DNA of 64,000 nt from Gammaproteobacteria bacterium (GCA_024640825.1 JAHEEG010000004.1:1812-65811); one strand, 5' to 3'. Counted from the first letter of the stretch, positions 7,652 to 17,870 are shown. Program-made: numbers and translations. Notes: a model not told the origin generated them from the letters alone.

Positions 7652-8851
7652 TCAACCTCCCTGCAGGATCAGCGCGCTCTGCTCGCTCATGACGCCGCCC
7701 GTCCCCGACACATAGACGGCATCGCATCCGGCTACCTGACGCTGCTCACAGCGTCCCATAACCTGTCGGGTCGCCTCCACCACCTGGGTCATGCCACCGG
7801 CTGCCCCGGCCTGACCCATGCCCAGTTGCCCGCCATGGGTGTTTACCGGGAAATTCCCCCGCCAGGTGAGGTCGTTCTCGCGGATGAACCGCATGCCTTC
7901 ACCCTTCGCGCAGAACCCCGCATCTTCCAAAGTGAGCAAAACCGTAATGGTGTAACAGTCGTAGATCTCAGCGGCATTGACCAGATCCGGGGTCAGCCCC
8001 GCCATGGCGAAGGCCTGTTCCGAAGCGGGGCCCACCGGGGTCACGCACATGTCTCTGGCGTACGTGGGCGTCTTGATGGTCAGGTGCTCGCCGAAGCCGG
8101 TCACCCACGCCGGACGGTGTTTGCACCTTGCAGCGACTTCTTTGCTGGCAACGATGACGGCACCTCCGCCAGCCACAGGCATGACGATCTCCAGCATGTG
8201 CAGCGGATCTGCAATCATTTTGCTTGCCAGCACGTCCTCACAAGTGACTGGACGCCCAAAGAACGCGGCATTGGGATTAATGGCGGCGCTGGCACGCTGG
8301 TCTACGACCAGCTTTGCCATGGCCTCGGCATCGTACCCATACTGCGCCGCGTAGCGCTGGGCGATCATGGCGTAGCCACAGTTTTGCGCCAGATTGCCGT
8401 ACGGTATGTCGAACTCGGCCTGGGGCGAACCCCAGTTCGGACTGGACGACTGAAAGAACACCATGGGGTTCAGAGGTTGCGGCGTCGGATTGCTCGGTAT
8501 GGGCAGCGCCGGTAAGGCACACACCACCACCTCGCAGATTCCCAGCTCGATGGCCGCAGCGGCTCGCCAGATCATCCCGACGGCCGTCGCACCGCCGAGG
8601 TCGATGCGCTCGGCAAAATTCACCGGCTGACCAAGATACTCAACCACCGTAGCCGGAACGAACATGCCTGATTCCCGGATATCAGAACAAACCAGGCCGT
8701 CGATCTCCCTTGCTTCCAGGCCAGCATCATCGAGCGCGTTGCGGGCCAATGCCGCCCACTGCTCGAGCATGAACATTCTCGGCCCATCGTACTTTCGCCG
8801 ATGCGGATATTCTGCAACGCCGACAATGGCTGCCTCCCCGCGTAACCCCAT
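7652..8851 (-). CDS. thiolase-like protein (SCP-x / nonspecific lipid-transfer type)
   Basis: Start chosen at MGLRGEAAIVGVAEYPH (ATG 8851). The thiolase fold is recognisable along its length (VVCSDI..., NTHGGQLGMGQAGAAGG). It is partnered with DUF35. Confidence 0.8.
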   Translation of the reverse strand: MGLRGEAAIVGVAEYPHRRKYDGPRMFMLEQWAALARNALDDAGLEAREIDGLVCSDIRESGMFVPATVVEYLGQPVNFAERIDLGGATAVGMIWRAAAAIELGICEVVVCALPALPIPSNPTPQPLNPMVFFQSSSPNWGSPQAEFDIPYGNLAQNCGYAMIAQRYAAQYGYDAEAMAKLVVDQRASAAINPNAAFFGRPVTCEDVLASKMIADPLHMLEIVMPVAGGGAVIVASKEVAARCKHRPAWVTGFGEHLTIKTPTYARDMCVTPVGPASEQAFAMAGLTPDLVNAAEIYDCYTITVLLTLEDAGFCAKGEGMRFIRENDLTWRGNFPVNTHGGQLGMGQAGAAGGMTQVVEATRQVMGRCEQRQVAGCDAVYVSGTGGVMSEQSALILQGG

Positions 8852-9035
8852 AAACCCCCCCGGGATTAGAAATGGATGAAAATTCGAGCGTGCCGCACAG
8901 TTGCCACCGCAGTGCAAACCGTATGAGGGGCACCCCACGACACACCGATGATAGACTCGTGCGGCCGCCAAGGAAAAGCTGCGTCACAGCGCTGCTGACC
9001 GGCTCAGGGCGCCGAAACCGGGGAAATGAAAGTCA

Positions 9036-9566
9036 ATGAAGCTGTGGTTGATCCGTCACGCCAAATCAGATTGGAGCGAGCCAGCACGCTCTGATTTTGA
9101 CCGGCCGCTCAACAGGCGAGGCCGCCGCGATGGACCCAGGATGCAAACCTGGCTATCAGCGCAGGATCACCCGGCGACCTGGATCTGGTCGAGCAAAGCC
9201 AGGCGCGCTCGGACCACAGCCGATTTTGTAGCGACCGGATTCGAACGATGCTCGCCGACCATCGTCGAGGACGAACGTCTTTATCTGGCAAGTCCGGAAA
9301 CGCTTCTGGAAGTGATCCGGGAGACGCCGGATTCGGAACCGACCGCAGCGGTGATCGCTCACAACCCAGGCATGACCTATCTGGTTAACCTGGTGGCAGG
9401 CGAAGAAGTGCTGGACAACCTCCCAACCTTCGGGGTTGCCCGCTTCGACCTGCCTGGGCCCTGGTCCGATCTGCGCTTCGGAATCGGCAGGCTCGATCTT
9501 TTGATGAGTCCCAAACGGCTTGGGAGCGGGAGCCCCCAAGCTCATAATCGACTCATACAAGACTGA
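9036..9566 (+). CDS. histidine phosphatase family protein (SixA-like)
   Basis: MKLWLIRHAKSDW carries the catalytic RHA motif, followed by RPLNRRGRRD. The 176 aa length fits SixA-like proteins. Confidence 0.75.
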   Translation: MKLWLIRHAKSDWSEPARSDFDRPLNRRGRRDGPRMQTWLSAQDHPATWIWSSKARRARTTADFVATGFERCSPTIVEDERLYLASPETLLEVIRETPDSEPTAAVIAHNPGMTYLVNLVAGEEVLDNLPTFGVARFDLPGPWSDLRFGIGRLDLLMSPKRLGSGSPQAHNRLIQD

Positions 9567-9748
9567 TCAATCCGGCGGATTGCCAAAAGCCCCCGCAACG
9601 GGCGCTACCAACAATTTTACGACCGACAGACGCAGAAACAACTCGCCGTTGGGTGGGCGCGGACAGCATGGTGCGCTAGATTAGGGCCTTCCACTATTGC
9701 ACACAGACTTCAGGTGCGCATGCGAGGCAACAGAGCCCGGCAGCTGAG

Positions 9749-10426
9749 ATGATAAAACTCGCCAAACCCGCCCTGGACATAGGGCTTTTCACAAACAGCC
9801 GCGAAGCCATGCTGACCTTCTGGCAGCAAACTGCCGGGCTGCCGTTCAGCGAAATGCTACCCCTGGGCGGCGGCCTGCAGCAGCATCGTCACGCCATCGG
9901 CGAGTCGGTGCTGAAAGTCAATCACGGCCGTGATCTTTTGCCTGTCGTACCTGCTTGCGGCATCAGAAAGCTGATTCTCGCCCGGCCTGATACTGGTGGG
10001 GTTACAGAGCTATCGGACCCCGACGGCAACCGGCTGGCCCTTGTTCCCGGGAATCACGACGGTATAACCCAACTTCGGGTTGAGCTTGTTGTCAGCGACC
10101 TGCAGCGCCACCGCGAGTTCTACGGCGAAGTGCTTGGTTTTCCGGAGCTCGATGCAGACACCTTCCTGTGTGGCGTCTCGCAGCTGCGACTGCGCTCAGG
10201 AGAGGTCCACATCAACCCGGCGCAGCAGGCGCGTGGTTACCGCTATCTGACCGTGCAGGTTTTCGACGTCCTGAAGTGTCATGCGGAAGTTCTGCGCAAA
10301 GGCGGCCGGGAAGGACGCCCACCGGTAAAGCTAGGCGAGGTCGCGCACATATCCTTCGTGCGGGACCCGGACGGCAACTGGATCGAGCTTTCCCAGCGGA
10401 AGTCCCTCACGGGTTCGCTGGACTAG
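9749..10426 (+). CDS. VOC (glyoxalase/bleomycin resistance/dioxygenase) family protein
   Basis: Two VOC modules. ...ELSDPDGNRLALV and SFVRDPDGNWIELS are typical strand motifs. Confidence 0.75.
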   Translation: MIKLAKPALDIGLFTNSREAMLTFWQQTAGLPFSEMLPLGGGLQQHRHAIGESVLKVNHGRDLLPVVPACGIRKLILARPDTGGVTELSDPDGNRLALVPGNHDGITQLRVELVVSDLQRHREFYGEVLGFPELDADTFLCGVSQLRLRSGEVHINPAQQARGYRYLTVQVFDVLKCHAEVLRKGGREGRPPVKLGEVAHISFVRDPDGNWIELSQRKSLTGSLD

Positions 10427-10483
10427 GCCCTGAAGTGGGGTATAACGTAGCCTCGAGCAAATAACACAAACGGAGACAACTTA

Positions 10484-10699
10484 ATGGGCTTTTTCTCTTT
10501 TCTCGTGCTCCTGGCCATCGCCTATCTGGTGTGGCGGGTCACCGACCAGTTGCCGGATCTGATATTTCGCCTCAGCGAGATCCAACGCGACGTTGCCGAA
10601 CTGCGCCGCCGTATGAACGAGGAGCAGACCACTGCCGAACAGCCGTCCGCTTCAACAGACGCAGGGAGCAAAGGGGCCGCCGGCGAAAGCGAGGACTGA
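10484..10699 (+). CDS. small membrane-anchored protein, unknown function
   Basis: N-terminal TM helix FFSFLVLLAIAYLVWRV, then a charged helical segment and an acidic tail. GC3-rich codons. Confidence 0.5.
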   Translation: MGFFSFLVLLAIAYLVWRVTDQLPDLIFRLSEIQRDVAELRRRMNEEQTTAEQPSASTDAGSKGAAGESED

Positions 10700-10729
10700 G
10701 CGGCAACCGTCAGGCTGGGGCATCAAGCT

Positions 10730-11500
10730 ATGATCCGCATAAACGCCGACTGGCGGGTATGGTTGGGCCTCGCGCTCACCGCCGCCTGGTTGATCCTGGG
10801 GGTGATTTACATCTCCGCGGTGATCGGTTGGCAGAAACTGCCGTTCATAGGCGCTGACGATCTGGGCAGTTTCCTGGAAGGTGCGTTTGCTCCGCTGGCA
10901 TTTCTGTGGCTGGTGATCGGCTATTTTCTGCAGAAGAAGGAGCTCGAGCAGAACACCAGAGCGCTACAGGCCCAGGCGGAGGAGATAACGCGCACCGCCG
11001 AGCAGGCGGTCATTCAGTCGGAAAAGATGGCGGCCTCCGAAGTCCATGCGCGTCAGGGCACCTTTCTGCAGATTGCCAACAACGTGCGTGCCCAGTTGGG
11101 TGCAATCACCGGCTTTCTATTTCTCTCCAGCCAGAGCACTGCCGCAGACGGTGCTGTTACGCCGGACGAAATGAGCCGGCTGTTCTCACTTCAATCTGCC
11201 CAGGACCCAGATATTTTTTCCAGGCGCCTGCTGGAAATACATGTGCAGATGGACGACCCGCAGAAGCAGTTCGCACTCTTCTACGGTACGGAGGTTCGCG
11301 CGCGCCACGCGAACAATTTTATTTACACATTCGAGCGCCTCATGCGGCGAGCCGAGGAGGTCGACCCCGACTTCATGATCAGGGACGCCCTGCTGATAGG
11401 CAGCCACGGCTTGATTTACCGGCTTGCCAAACGTCACCAAGATGCTGCGCCAGCCGAACTGGCGGATGCCAGCCAGACCGGCATGCACGTCAATTTCTGA
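10730..11500 (+). CDS. membrane protein with coiled-coil region, unknown function
   Basis: Two N-terminal TM helices, then a QKKELEQNTRALQAQAEEITRTAEQAV coiled-coil segment. No motif recognised. Confidence 0.65.
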   Translation: MIRINADWRVWLGLALTAAWLILGVIYISAVIGWQKLPFIGADDLGSFLEGAFAPLAFLWLVIGYFLQKKELEQNTRALQAQAEEITRTAEQAVIQSEKMAASEVHARQGTFLQIANNVRAQLGAITGFLFLSSQSTAADGAVTPDEMSRLFSLQSAQDPDIFSRRLLEIHVQMDDPQKQFALFYGTEVRARHANNFIYTFERLMRRAEEVDPDFMIRDALLIGSHGLIYRLAKRHQDAAPAELADASQTGMHVNF

Positions 11501-11549
11501 TGTCCGTATCTAAAGCCTGCGACTGCCGATACGGTGGAGATCACAGCCA

Positions 11550-12143
11550 ATGCAGAAACCAGCCAGCATAGACCCGGTCGACAAGCTGCGGGCCGAGCGG
11601 GCCAGGGCGAGGAAAATCCAAGATCCTTGCGCGACCCTGTGCACCGTGGCATCTGTCGACAAGGAAGGTTTTCCTCAGGCACGCACCCTGGTTTTGCGGG
11701 ACGTCCAAGAGCAGTTGGCCATCTTCGGCAACGAGACGAGCCCCAAATGGCAGCAGATGCCGGAGGGAACGGTGGTGGCGGTGGTGGTCTGGCTGCCGAG
11801 TCTGAGCCTGCAGTATCGCCTGCGCTGCACCACCCGACCCGTTGCCACCCATGTTGTCCACGAGAGCTGGCAGCAACGCCCTGAAACGCCGAAGAAACTG
11901 GATTGGCTGTACACCCATCACCAGCCCCAGAGCACACCTGTCGCCGATCGGGCAACCCTGCTGGGCATTCTCGCAAGCCTAGACCTCCCCGAGCCGCTGA
12001 TCGCTCCGGACACGGCGGCGGGACTGTTCCTTACCCCGCACGTGATAGATCGCCTGGACCTCGATCAGCCCGATGGCGTGCACGACCGGCGGCACTTCGA
12101 GCGGACGGATCGGGGATGGCTGGAATCGGTTCTGGTGCCCTGA
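11550..12143 (+). CDS. pyridoxamine 5-prime-phosphate oxidase family (PNPOx-like) protein
   Basis: GGAGA SD lies 9 nt upstream. ATLCTVASVDKEGFPQARTLVLRDV and later strands are typical of the PNPOx split-barrel fold. Confidence 0.7.
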   Translation: MQKPASIDPVDKLRAERARARKIQDPCATLCTVASVDKEGFPQARTLVLRDVQEQLAIFGNETSPKWQQMPEGTVVAVVVWLPSLSLQYRLRCTTRPVATHVVHESWQQRPETPKKLDWLYTHHQPQSTPVADRATLLGILASLDLPEPLIAPDTAAGLFLTPHVIDRLDLDQPDGVHDRRHFERTDRGWLESVLVP

Positions 12144-12149
12144 GCCGGG

Positions 12150-13109
12150 CTATCTGGAATTTGCCCCCGGCATTGGGTGCGGATCCAGCTCCGCAGTGAC
12201 GATGCCTACCAGAGTATCAAAGCAGACCGCCTTGGCAATCTCGATAAAGCCCTGAATGAATGGCGCCTGTCGTTGATCCTCTCGCACCGCAGCGTAGAGG
12301 GTCGGCCATATCCCCTCCTCGCCCAGTGACTTAACGACCACGTAATCGCGCCGCAGATACTCGTGCAGTGCCCAGTTAGGCAAACAGACCAAACCACGGC
12401 CGCTGGCGACGAGTTGAATCATCATCGTGGTCAGTTCGGCGTGACGCACCCGGGCGGGTTCAATGCCCGCCGGCTCGAGAAAGCTCTTGAATATGTCCAG
12501 CCGATCCCGGTCTACCGGGTAGCAGATGAGCGTTTCGCCGGCCAGGTCCCCCGGCTCGACCCACGGTCGGTCGGTCAGCGCGTGGTCGCGTGGCAGCGCC
12601 AGCTGGGCTTCATAGCTGAACAGCGGCACATAAGCCAGGCTCGCATCGTCTATGGGATCCGCCGTAATCACCAGATCCAGGTCGCCCCGGGCCAGCGCGG
12701 GCAGCGGTGCAAAGTGAAAACCACTCGCGATATCCAGCTCTACGTCCGACCAGGCTTCCCGATACCGATTGATTGCCGGCAGCAGCCATTCAAAGCAGCT
12801 GTGACACTCGATGGCCATGTAGATTCTGCCCGACTCGCCGCCCGCGAGCCTGGCCAGATCATGCTCCGCACCGTGCAGAAGGGGCAGGACCTCGTCAGCA
12901 AGCCGCAGCAGTCGCTGCCCGGCGCTGGTGAAGCGAACCGGCCGAGTTTTGCGAATGAACAGCGCACAGCCGAGCCGCGATTCCAGGTCCTTAAGCTGGT
13001 GAGAAAGCGCCGACTGGGTCAGAAAAACCCGCTCGGCGGCCTCAACAAGGCTGCCCGTGTCTCGCAGCGCGACCAAGGTCCGCAGGTGCCTCAGTTCGAT
13101 GTGAGCCAT
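12150..13109 (-). CDS. metR: LysR-family transcriptional activator MetR
   Basis: The N-terminus IELRHLRTLVALRDTGSLVEAAERVFLTQSALSHQLKDLESRLGCALFIRKTRPVRFTSAGQ closely parallels E. coli MetR. Confidence 0.8.
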   Translation of the reverse strand: MAHIELRHLRTLVALRDTGSLVEAAERVFLTQSALSHQLKDLESRLGCALFIRKTRPVRFTSAGQRLLRLADEVLPLLHGAEHDLARLAGGESGRIYMAIECHSCFEWLLPAINRYREAWSDVELDIASGFHFAPLPALARGDLDLVITADPIDDASLAYVPLFSYEAQLALPRDHALTDRPWVEPGDLAGETLICYPVDRDRLDIFKSFLEPAGIEPARVRHAELTTMMIQLVASGRGLVCLPNWALHEYLRRDYVVVKSLGEEGIWPTLYAAVREDQRQAPFIQGFIEIAKAVCFDTLVGIVTAELDPHPMPGANSR

Positions 13110-13254
13110 GAATTCAGCTCAGGAAATATCGAGTTGACTCGCATAATATTCATGTTTCTATCTGATGTCACCCGGATTCAGATTTGTGTGGTGGCGCACG
13201 AAGCGGTAGTTTTGGGTTCGATACACTGTTTATCAGGCCGACGGATTGCTGCCC

Positions 13255-14196
13255 ATGTTTAATTCCAATCGCGTTCTCATAGATGCCTTCGTAGCACACT
13301 CACAGCAGGCTTACCGGGAAGTGTATCCGGGCCTTGACGCTGAGCTGTCCGCCGGGCTGGAGCGCGCAGCCCGCACCGCGCTGGGAACCTTGCTCAACTG
13401 CGACTGCCCCTACCACGATCTCGAGCACACCATGCTCGTCACCGATGCCGGCATGACCATTCTGCGAGGACGTATCCTGTCCCGCGGAGACCTCACTCCC
13501 CAGGCCTGGCTGCAAGCGGCGGTCGCCCTGCTTTGTCACGATTTAGGCTATTTGCGGGGTCTTCTGAAGGAAGATCTCGATGGCAGCTATCTGGCGGACG
13601 AACAGGGCGCAAGGGTATCTCCGCCGCGAGGCGCTACCGATGCGTACCTGATGCCTTACCACGTCGCTCGCAGCTGTATGTTCGTCAGAGAGCGGTTCGC
13701 CAGAGACCCGGTCATAGATCCCGCTGTGGTGACGGAATATATCGACATGACCCGATTCCCTGTACCCGACGAATCTCAGTATCAACGTGTAGACACCCTC
13801 GGCGCCCTGGTTAGGGCAGCAGATCTCATTGGCCAAATGGGCGATCCCGCCTACGTCAATAAGCAGGCACGACTGTTCTGGGAGTTCCAGGAAACCGGTG
13901 AAGCTGCCCGGCTCGGTTATACCAATCCGGCAGAGCTGCGTGCCGACTTCCCGGAATTTTTCTACGAGCGGGTGTATCCGTACCTCAGCGAGTCGCTGGC
14001 GTACCTGCATAAAACTCCGGAAGGGCAGCAGTGGATTGCCAACCTGTTTCATCACGTCCACGCCAGACAGGGCGGTGACGCGAGCAGCGGCAACGGCCCC
14101 AGACCCGGGTGGCTGCCCGAGAACAATCTTCACGACTACCTGGACCGAACCAAGACGGGCAAGCCCGTTTCTCACATCTCCATCCGCAATCGGTAG
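13255..14196 (+). CDS. HD-domain metal-dependent phosphohydrolase-like protein
   Basis: YHDLEHTMLV and LLCHDLGYL motifs. It is divergent from metR. Confidence 0.65.
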   Translation: MFNSNRVLIDAFVAHSQQAYREVYPGLDAELSAGLERAARTALGTLLNCDCPYHDLEHTMLVTDAGMTILRGRILSRGDLTPQAWLQAAVALLCHDLGYLRGLLKEDLDGSYLADEQGARVSPPRGATDAYLMPYHVARSCMFVRERFARDPVIDPAVVTEYIDMTRFPVPDESQYQRVDTLGALVRAADLIGQMGDPAYVNKQARLFWEFQETGEAARLGYTNPAELRADFPEFFYERVYPYLSESLAYLHKTPEGQQWIANLFHHVHARQGGDASSGNGPRPGWLPENNLHDYLDRTKTGKPVSHISIRNR

Positions 14197-14245
14197 TCAT
14201 CCCAGACCCTGAACATTAGAATCCAGGGCTTTGCCTGGGAGTAAC

Positions 14246-15520
14246 ATGTCAGAGCTGGCGTTGCGCACCGACGAAGTGCCCAACTCAACAATGCGTATCG
14301 CACTTCTGGGGTACCGCAGCAACCCGTTCAGCGGCGGCCAGGGCATCTACCTGAAATATCTGTCGCGCGCCCTGGTGGAAGCCGGCCATCAGGTAGACGT
14401 GATCTCGGGCGAACCGTACCCGGATCTGGACCCGAGCGTTCGCCTGGTGAAACTGCCCGGGCTGAATCTTTACGCAGCCAACAATCACGTCTCAGCGCTA
14501 CGGCCGAGACATCTGCGCTCGATGACCGACACCTTTGAATGGTTCTCAATGCTGACCGGTGGCTTTCCTGAACCCTATACCTTCGGGCGCCGCCTGTACC
14601 GGCATTTCCAGCAGCTTCATCTACACGGAACGCGCTACGACATCGTGCACGACAACCAGTCCTTGAGCTACGGGGTACAGTCGTTGCAGCAGCAGGGTTT
14701 GCCACTGGTAACGACAATCCACCATCCAATCACCTGGGACAGGGACATCGCACTGACTCATGCAGAAAACTGGCAACAGCGTTTGCTGATCCGCCGCTGG
14801 CACAATTTTCTCAACATGCAGACACGAGTAGCCCGCCGACTGCAGCATGTGGTCACCGTCAGCGAGCGATCCAAGCAGGATATCTGCAGCGCGTTCGGCA
14901 TCTCGCCCCAGCGGGTACACGTCGTGTACAACGGCGTTGATACTGAGGCCTTCCGGCCGGAACCTGACATCGCACGCAATCCGTGGCAGCTGATTACGAC
15001 CGCCAGTGCAGACCAGCCGCTGAAAGGTACCCAGCACCTGATCCCCGCCTTTGCCCAGCTGTGTCAGCGGTTCCCGAAGCTGCGCCTTACATTTGTCGGC
15101 CGGCCGAAACCTGGCGGGGTTACCGAGCGGCTGATCGACAGCCTTGACGTCCGCGAGCGGATACGTTTCCTGCACGGCATCTCCGCCGAAGAGATGCGCG
15201 CGCTGTATGCCAGCTCCGCAGTAGCCGTGGTCCCCTCCGAATACGAAGGATTCGGCCTGCCAGCGGCCGAGGCCATGGCCTGCGGCACGCCGGTAGTCGC
15301 TACGGACGGCGGCGCGCTGCCCGAGGTCGTGGCAGACGCCGGTCGAATCGTGCCCGCAGGGAACCCGGATGCCCTCGCATCAGCCATCGGTGACCTGCTT
15401 CAGAATCCCGCCAGCCGGGCCCTATTGGGCAAACTGGGTCGCGCCCGTATCGAGAAAACCTTTTCCTGGTCTCGAGCAGCAAGCCAGATGACAGACCTCT
15501 ACCAGCGGGTGCTGACGTGA
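14246..15520 (+). CDS. glycosyltransferase family 4 (GT-B)
   Basis: MRIALLGYRSNPFSGGQGIY N-terminal domain and the E-x7-E region VVPSEYEGFGLPAAEAMACGTPVV. The start is uncertain (TTG 14231, ATG 14246 or ATG 14291). Confidence 0.85.
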   Translation: MSELALRTDEVPNSTMRIALLGYRSNPFSGGQGIYLKYLSRALVEAGHQVDVISGEPYPDLDPSVRLVKLPGLNLYAANNHVSALRPRHLRSMTDTFEWFSMLTGGFPEPYTFGRRLYRHFQQLHLHGTRYDIVHDNQSLSYGVQSLQQQGLPLVTTIHHPITWDRDIALTHAENWQQRLLIRRWHNFLNMQTRVARRLQHVVTVSERSKQDICSAFGISPQRVHVVYNGVDTEAFRPEPDIARNPWQLITTASADQPLKGTQHLIPAFAQLCQRFPKLRLTFVGRPKPGGVTERLIDSLDVRERIRFLHGISAEEMRALYASSAVAVVPSEYEGFGLPAAEAMACGTPVVATDGGALPEVVADAGRIVPAGNPDALASAIGDLLQNPASRALLGKLGRARIEKTFSWSRAASQMTDLYQRVLT

Positions 15521-16245
15521 GCCTCACGACCGTCGATTTCCGGCGTCTGCGGCTGCAGCCAGGGGATCGGGTTCTCGATCTGGGGTGCGGGGAAGGTCGG
15601 CATGCAATAACCGCATGCCTGGAGGCCGACGCCCGGGTCGTGGGACTGGATCTCTCGTTGAAAGACTTGAACACCGCCCGGGAGCGGGCCGAGCAGTTCA
15701 GCCTGCCGGATGAGCGTGGCAGCGGCGTGAGCTGGGTTCGGAGCAGCGGCCTTTCGCTACCGTTCGCGGACGGCACATTCGACAAAATCATCTGTGCCGA
15801 AGTTCTGGAACACGTGCCGGAATACGGGCGGGTGCTTCAGGAAATCCAGCGGGTGCTCAAGCCCGGAGGCCTTCTGGTTGTCAGCGTCCCGCGCTTTTTT
15901 CCGGAATGGGTATGCTGGCAACTTTCCGACGCCTACCACCAGGTAGAGGGCGGCCATGTGCGGATATTCCGCAGCCGCGAACTGCGCGGCGCCGTCGAAC
16001 AGCAGAATCTGCGCTTTCTAAACCGCCACTGGGCCCACAGCCTGCACGTACCATACTGGTGGCTGCGCTGCCTGCTGTGGAAGCGGGGGGAAGACGCCTG
16101 GCCTGTGCGCGCCTATCACCGCATTCTGGTCTGGGACCTCATGCACAACCCCCGACTCACCCGATGGCTCGATCGCCTGCTGAACCCGTTGCTGGGAAAG
16201 AGTGTGGTCCTGTACTTCATCCGCAACGACCCACAGACCTCATGA
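15517..16245 (+). CDS. class I SAM-dependent methyltransferase (Methyltransf_11-like)
   Basis: GTG overlaps the GT4 stop (GTGA). SAM motif I VLDLGCGEGRH, plus LKPGGLLVVSVP. Confidence 0.85.
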   Translation: MSLTTVDFRRLRLQPGDRVLDLGCGEGRHAITACLEADARVVGLDLSLKDLNTARERAEQFSLPDERGSGVSWVRSSGLSLPFADGTFDKIICAEVLEHVPEYGRVLQEIQRVLKPGGLLVVSVPRFFPEWVCWQLSDAYHQVEGGHVRIFRSRELRGAVEQQNLRFLNRHWAHSLHVPYWWLRCLLWKRGEDAWPVRAYHRILVWDLMHNPRLTRWLDRLLNPLLGKSVVLYFIRNDPQTS

Positions 16246-17297
16246 GGAGCAGCGATTTCATACAGCACACCGCGGAATATATCGCCCGGGTGCAGCAGCC
16301 GAGCGGAGCGATCCCTTGGTTTCCAGAAGGCACGCTCGACCCATGGGATCATGTTGAAGCAGCGATGGGGCTATCTGTGGCCGGCTACATCGATGAAGCG
16401 GAAGCCGCGTATTGGTGGCTGGTCGGCCGCCAGCGTGACGATGGCGCGTGGCTTGCAGCCTACGACGGGGAATCGGTGGCTGATGGAACCCGGGCAGAAA
16501 CAAATTTCGTCGCCTATGTAGCCACCGGTGTGTGGCATCACTATCTGATCTCCGGAAACCACCGTTTTCTTAACGATATGTGGCCGATGATAGACCGCGC
16601 TATGGATTTCGTGCTGAGCATGCAGGCTCCGAGCGGCGAGGTGTACTGGGCCCTAGACACCCGTACCGGCATCAACAAGGACGCATTGGTAACGGGCTGC
16701 AGCTCTATCTACAAAAGCCTGGAATGCGCCATCAATGCAGCCGACTTACTGGGCGAGAACGCGCCGCACCTGGCAGCGGCGCGATCGGAACTCGGAACCA
16801 CCCTGCGTTCCCGCCCCGAGCGATTCGACCGCACCTGGGAAAGCAAAAGCCGCTACTCCATGGATTGGTTCTACCCCGTGATGACCGGAGTGATAGAGGG
16901 AGAAGCTGCAAGGCGGCGACTTGCGCAACGCTGGCAAACCTTCGTAGAGCCGGACCTGGGCTGCCGCTGCGTGGCCGACCAGGACTGGGTAACCGTCGCT
17001 GAATCGTGCGAGCTGACCCTGGCTTGCCTTGCTACAGGGGCGAGCGGGCCTGCCAGAGAGCTGTTTTCCAAGCTGGCCCGGTATCAGGCCGAGGATGGCT
17101 CCTGGTGGACCGGATACGCTTTTGCCGATGACGTCATGTGGCCGGATGAGCGCCCCACCTGGACCGCCGGGGCGGTGCTGCTGGCCGCGGACGCCCTGAA
17201 CGCGCTCACCCCGGCAAGCCAGCTGTTCACAACCGTTTCGCTACCCGATTCTTTGCAGCACGCCCAACGTCAGGGTCTTGTCCAACGCCTTAAATAG
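16242..17297 (+). CDS. alpha/alpha-toroid protein (prenyltransferase/squalene-oxidase-repeat-like)
   Basis: ATG overlaps the upstream stop (ATGA). Repeated QQPSGAIPWF, RDDGAWL, QAPSGEVYW and QAEDGSWW motifs are typical of alpha/alpha-barrel repeats. The ORF-track extension 15906-16241 was rejected. Confidence 0.75.
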   Translation: MRSSDFIQHTAEYIARVQQPSGAIPWFPEGTLDPWDHVEAAMGLSVAGYIDEAEAAYWWLVGRQRDDGAWLAAYDGESVADGTRAETNFVAYVATGVWHHYLISGNHRFLNDMWPMIDRAMDFVLSMQAPSGEVYWALDTRTGINKDALVTGCSSIYKSLECAINAADLLGENAPHLAAARSELGTTLRSRPERFDRTWESKSRYSMDWFYPVMTGVIEGEAARRRLAQRWQTFVEPDLGCRCVADQDWVTVAESCELTLACLATGASGPARELFSKLARYQAEDGSWWTGYAFADDVMWPDERPTWTAGAVLLAADALNALTPASQLFTTVSLPDSLQHAQRQGLVQRLK

Positions 17298-17870
17298 ACC
17301 CGAGGCCAGAGCAAGCTCGAAGATCTCGTAGGGCGCCTGTCCGCCATCCGCAGGATCGGGGAAAATATCGTGTATGGCCAGAACGCCCCCCACCTGAACA
17401 TGTGGCGCCCAGACACGATAATCGTTGAGTGCCGCTTCCCGGCTGTGACCACCATCGATAAAAACCAGCGCCAGAGGATGCAGCCAGTGCCGACCGGCCA
17501 TCGCCGAGGAAGCCACTATGGGCACGACGGTATTTTCCAGCTCCGCTCGGGCCAACGTATCCCGGAAGGCTCGAAACGAATCCAACCGTCCCGACCGCTC
17601 ATCCAACAGCTCGCCATCGTGATACGCCTCCCCGGGTTGATGCTCCTCGGAGCCACGATGATGATCCACCGCATACAGCAGTTGATTGCGCTCGCGGCAG
17701 GCGACCCCGAGATAAAGGGTGGATTTGCCGCAATAGCTACCCACTTCCAGGCAGGGACCCCGCTCGCTGGCAGCCCGAGCCAGCTGATACAGACGCTCAC
17801 CCTCCTCCACCTCGAGAAACCCCTTGATCGACTCAGGGGCCACGGGCAGCCGCAGAGGACGCCCCGTCAC
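17241..17870 (-). CDS. class I SAM-dependent methyltransferase (TylF / cation-dependent O-MTase-like)
   Basis: CLEVGSYCGKSTLYLG (SAM motif) and VFIDGGHSREAALNDY. The GTG start overlaps the stop of the upstream small ORF (GTGA). Its 3-prime end overlaps the convergent gene by 57 nt. Confidence 0.8.
   Translation of the reverse strand: MTGRPLRLPVAPESIKGFLEVEEGERLYQLARAASERGPCLEVGSYCGKSTLYLGVACRERNQLLYAVDHHRGSEEHQPGEAYHDGELLDERSGRLDSFRAFRDTLARAELENTVVPIVASSAMAGRHWLHPLALVFIDGGHSREAALNDYRVWAPHVQVGGVLAIHDIFPDPADGGQAPYEIFELALASGLFKALDKTLTLGVLQRIG

Noticed and set aside
13109-13121. TGAATTCAGCTCA, which resembles the MetR box TGAA-N5-TTCA and overlaps the metR start codon.
   Set aside because: The right half matches only 3 of 4 positions, and the site includes an EcoRI-type palindrome that may occur by chance. 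The evidence is not enough for a regulatory call.
15906-16241. N-terminal extensions offered by the ORF track (15906-16241 for the toroid protein, 29502-29768 for the GGDEF-EAL regulator, 21706-21903 for the enoyl-CoA hydratase, 8852-8971 for the thiolase, 31445-31564 for AttH, and others).
   Set aside because: The extensions overlap upstream genes and are Arg/Pro/Cys-rich. Internal starts coincide with family-typical N-termini and with SD sequences or ATGA/GTGA coupling.
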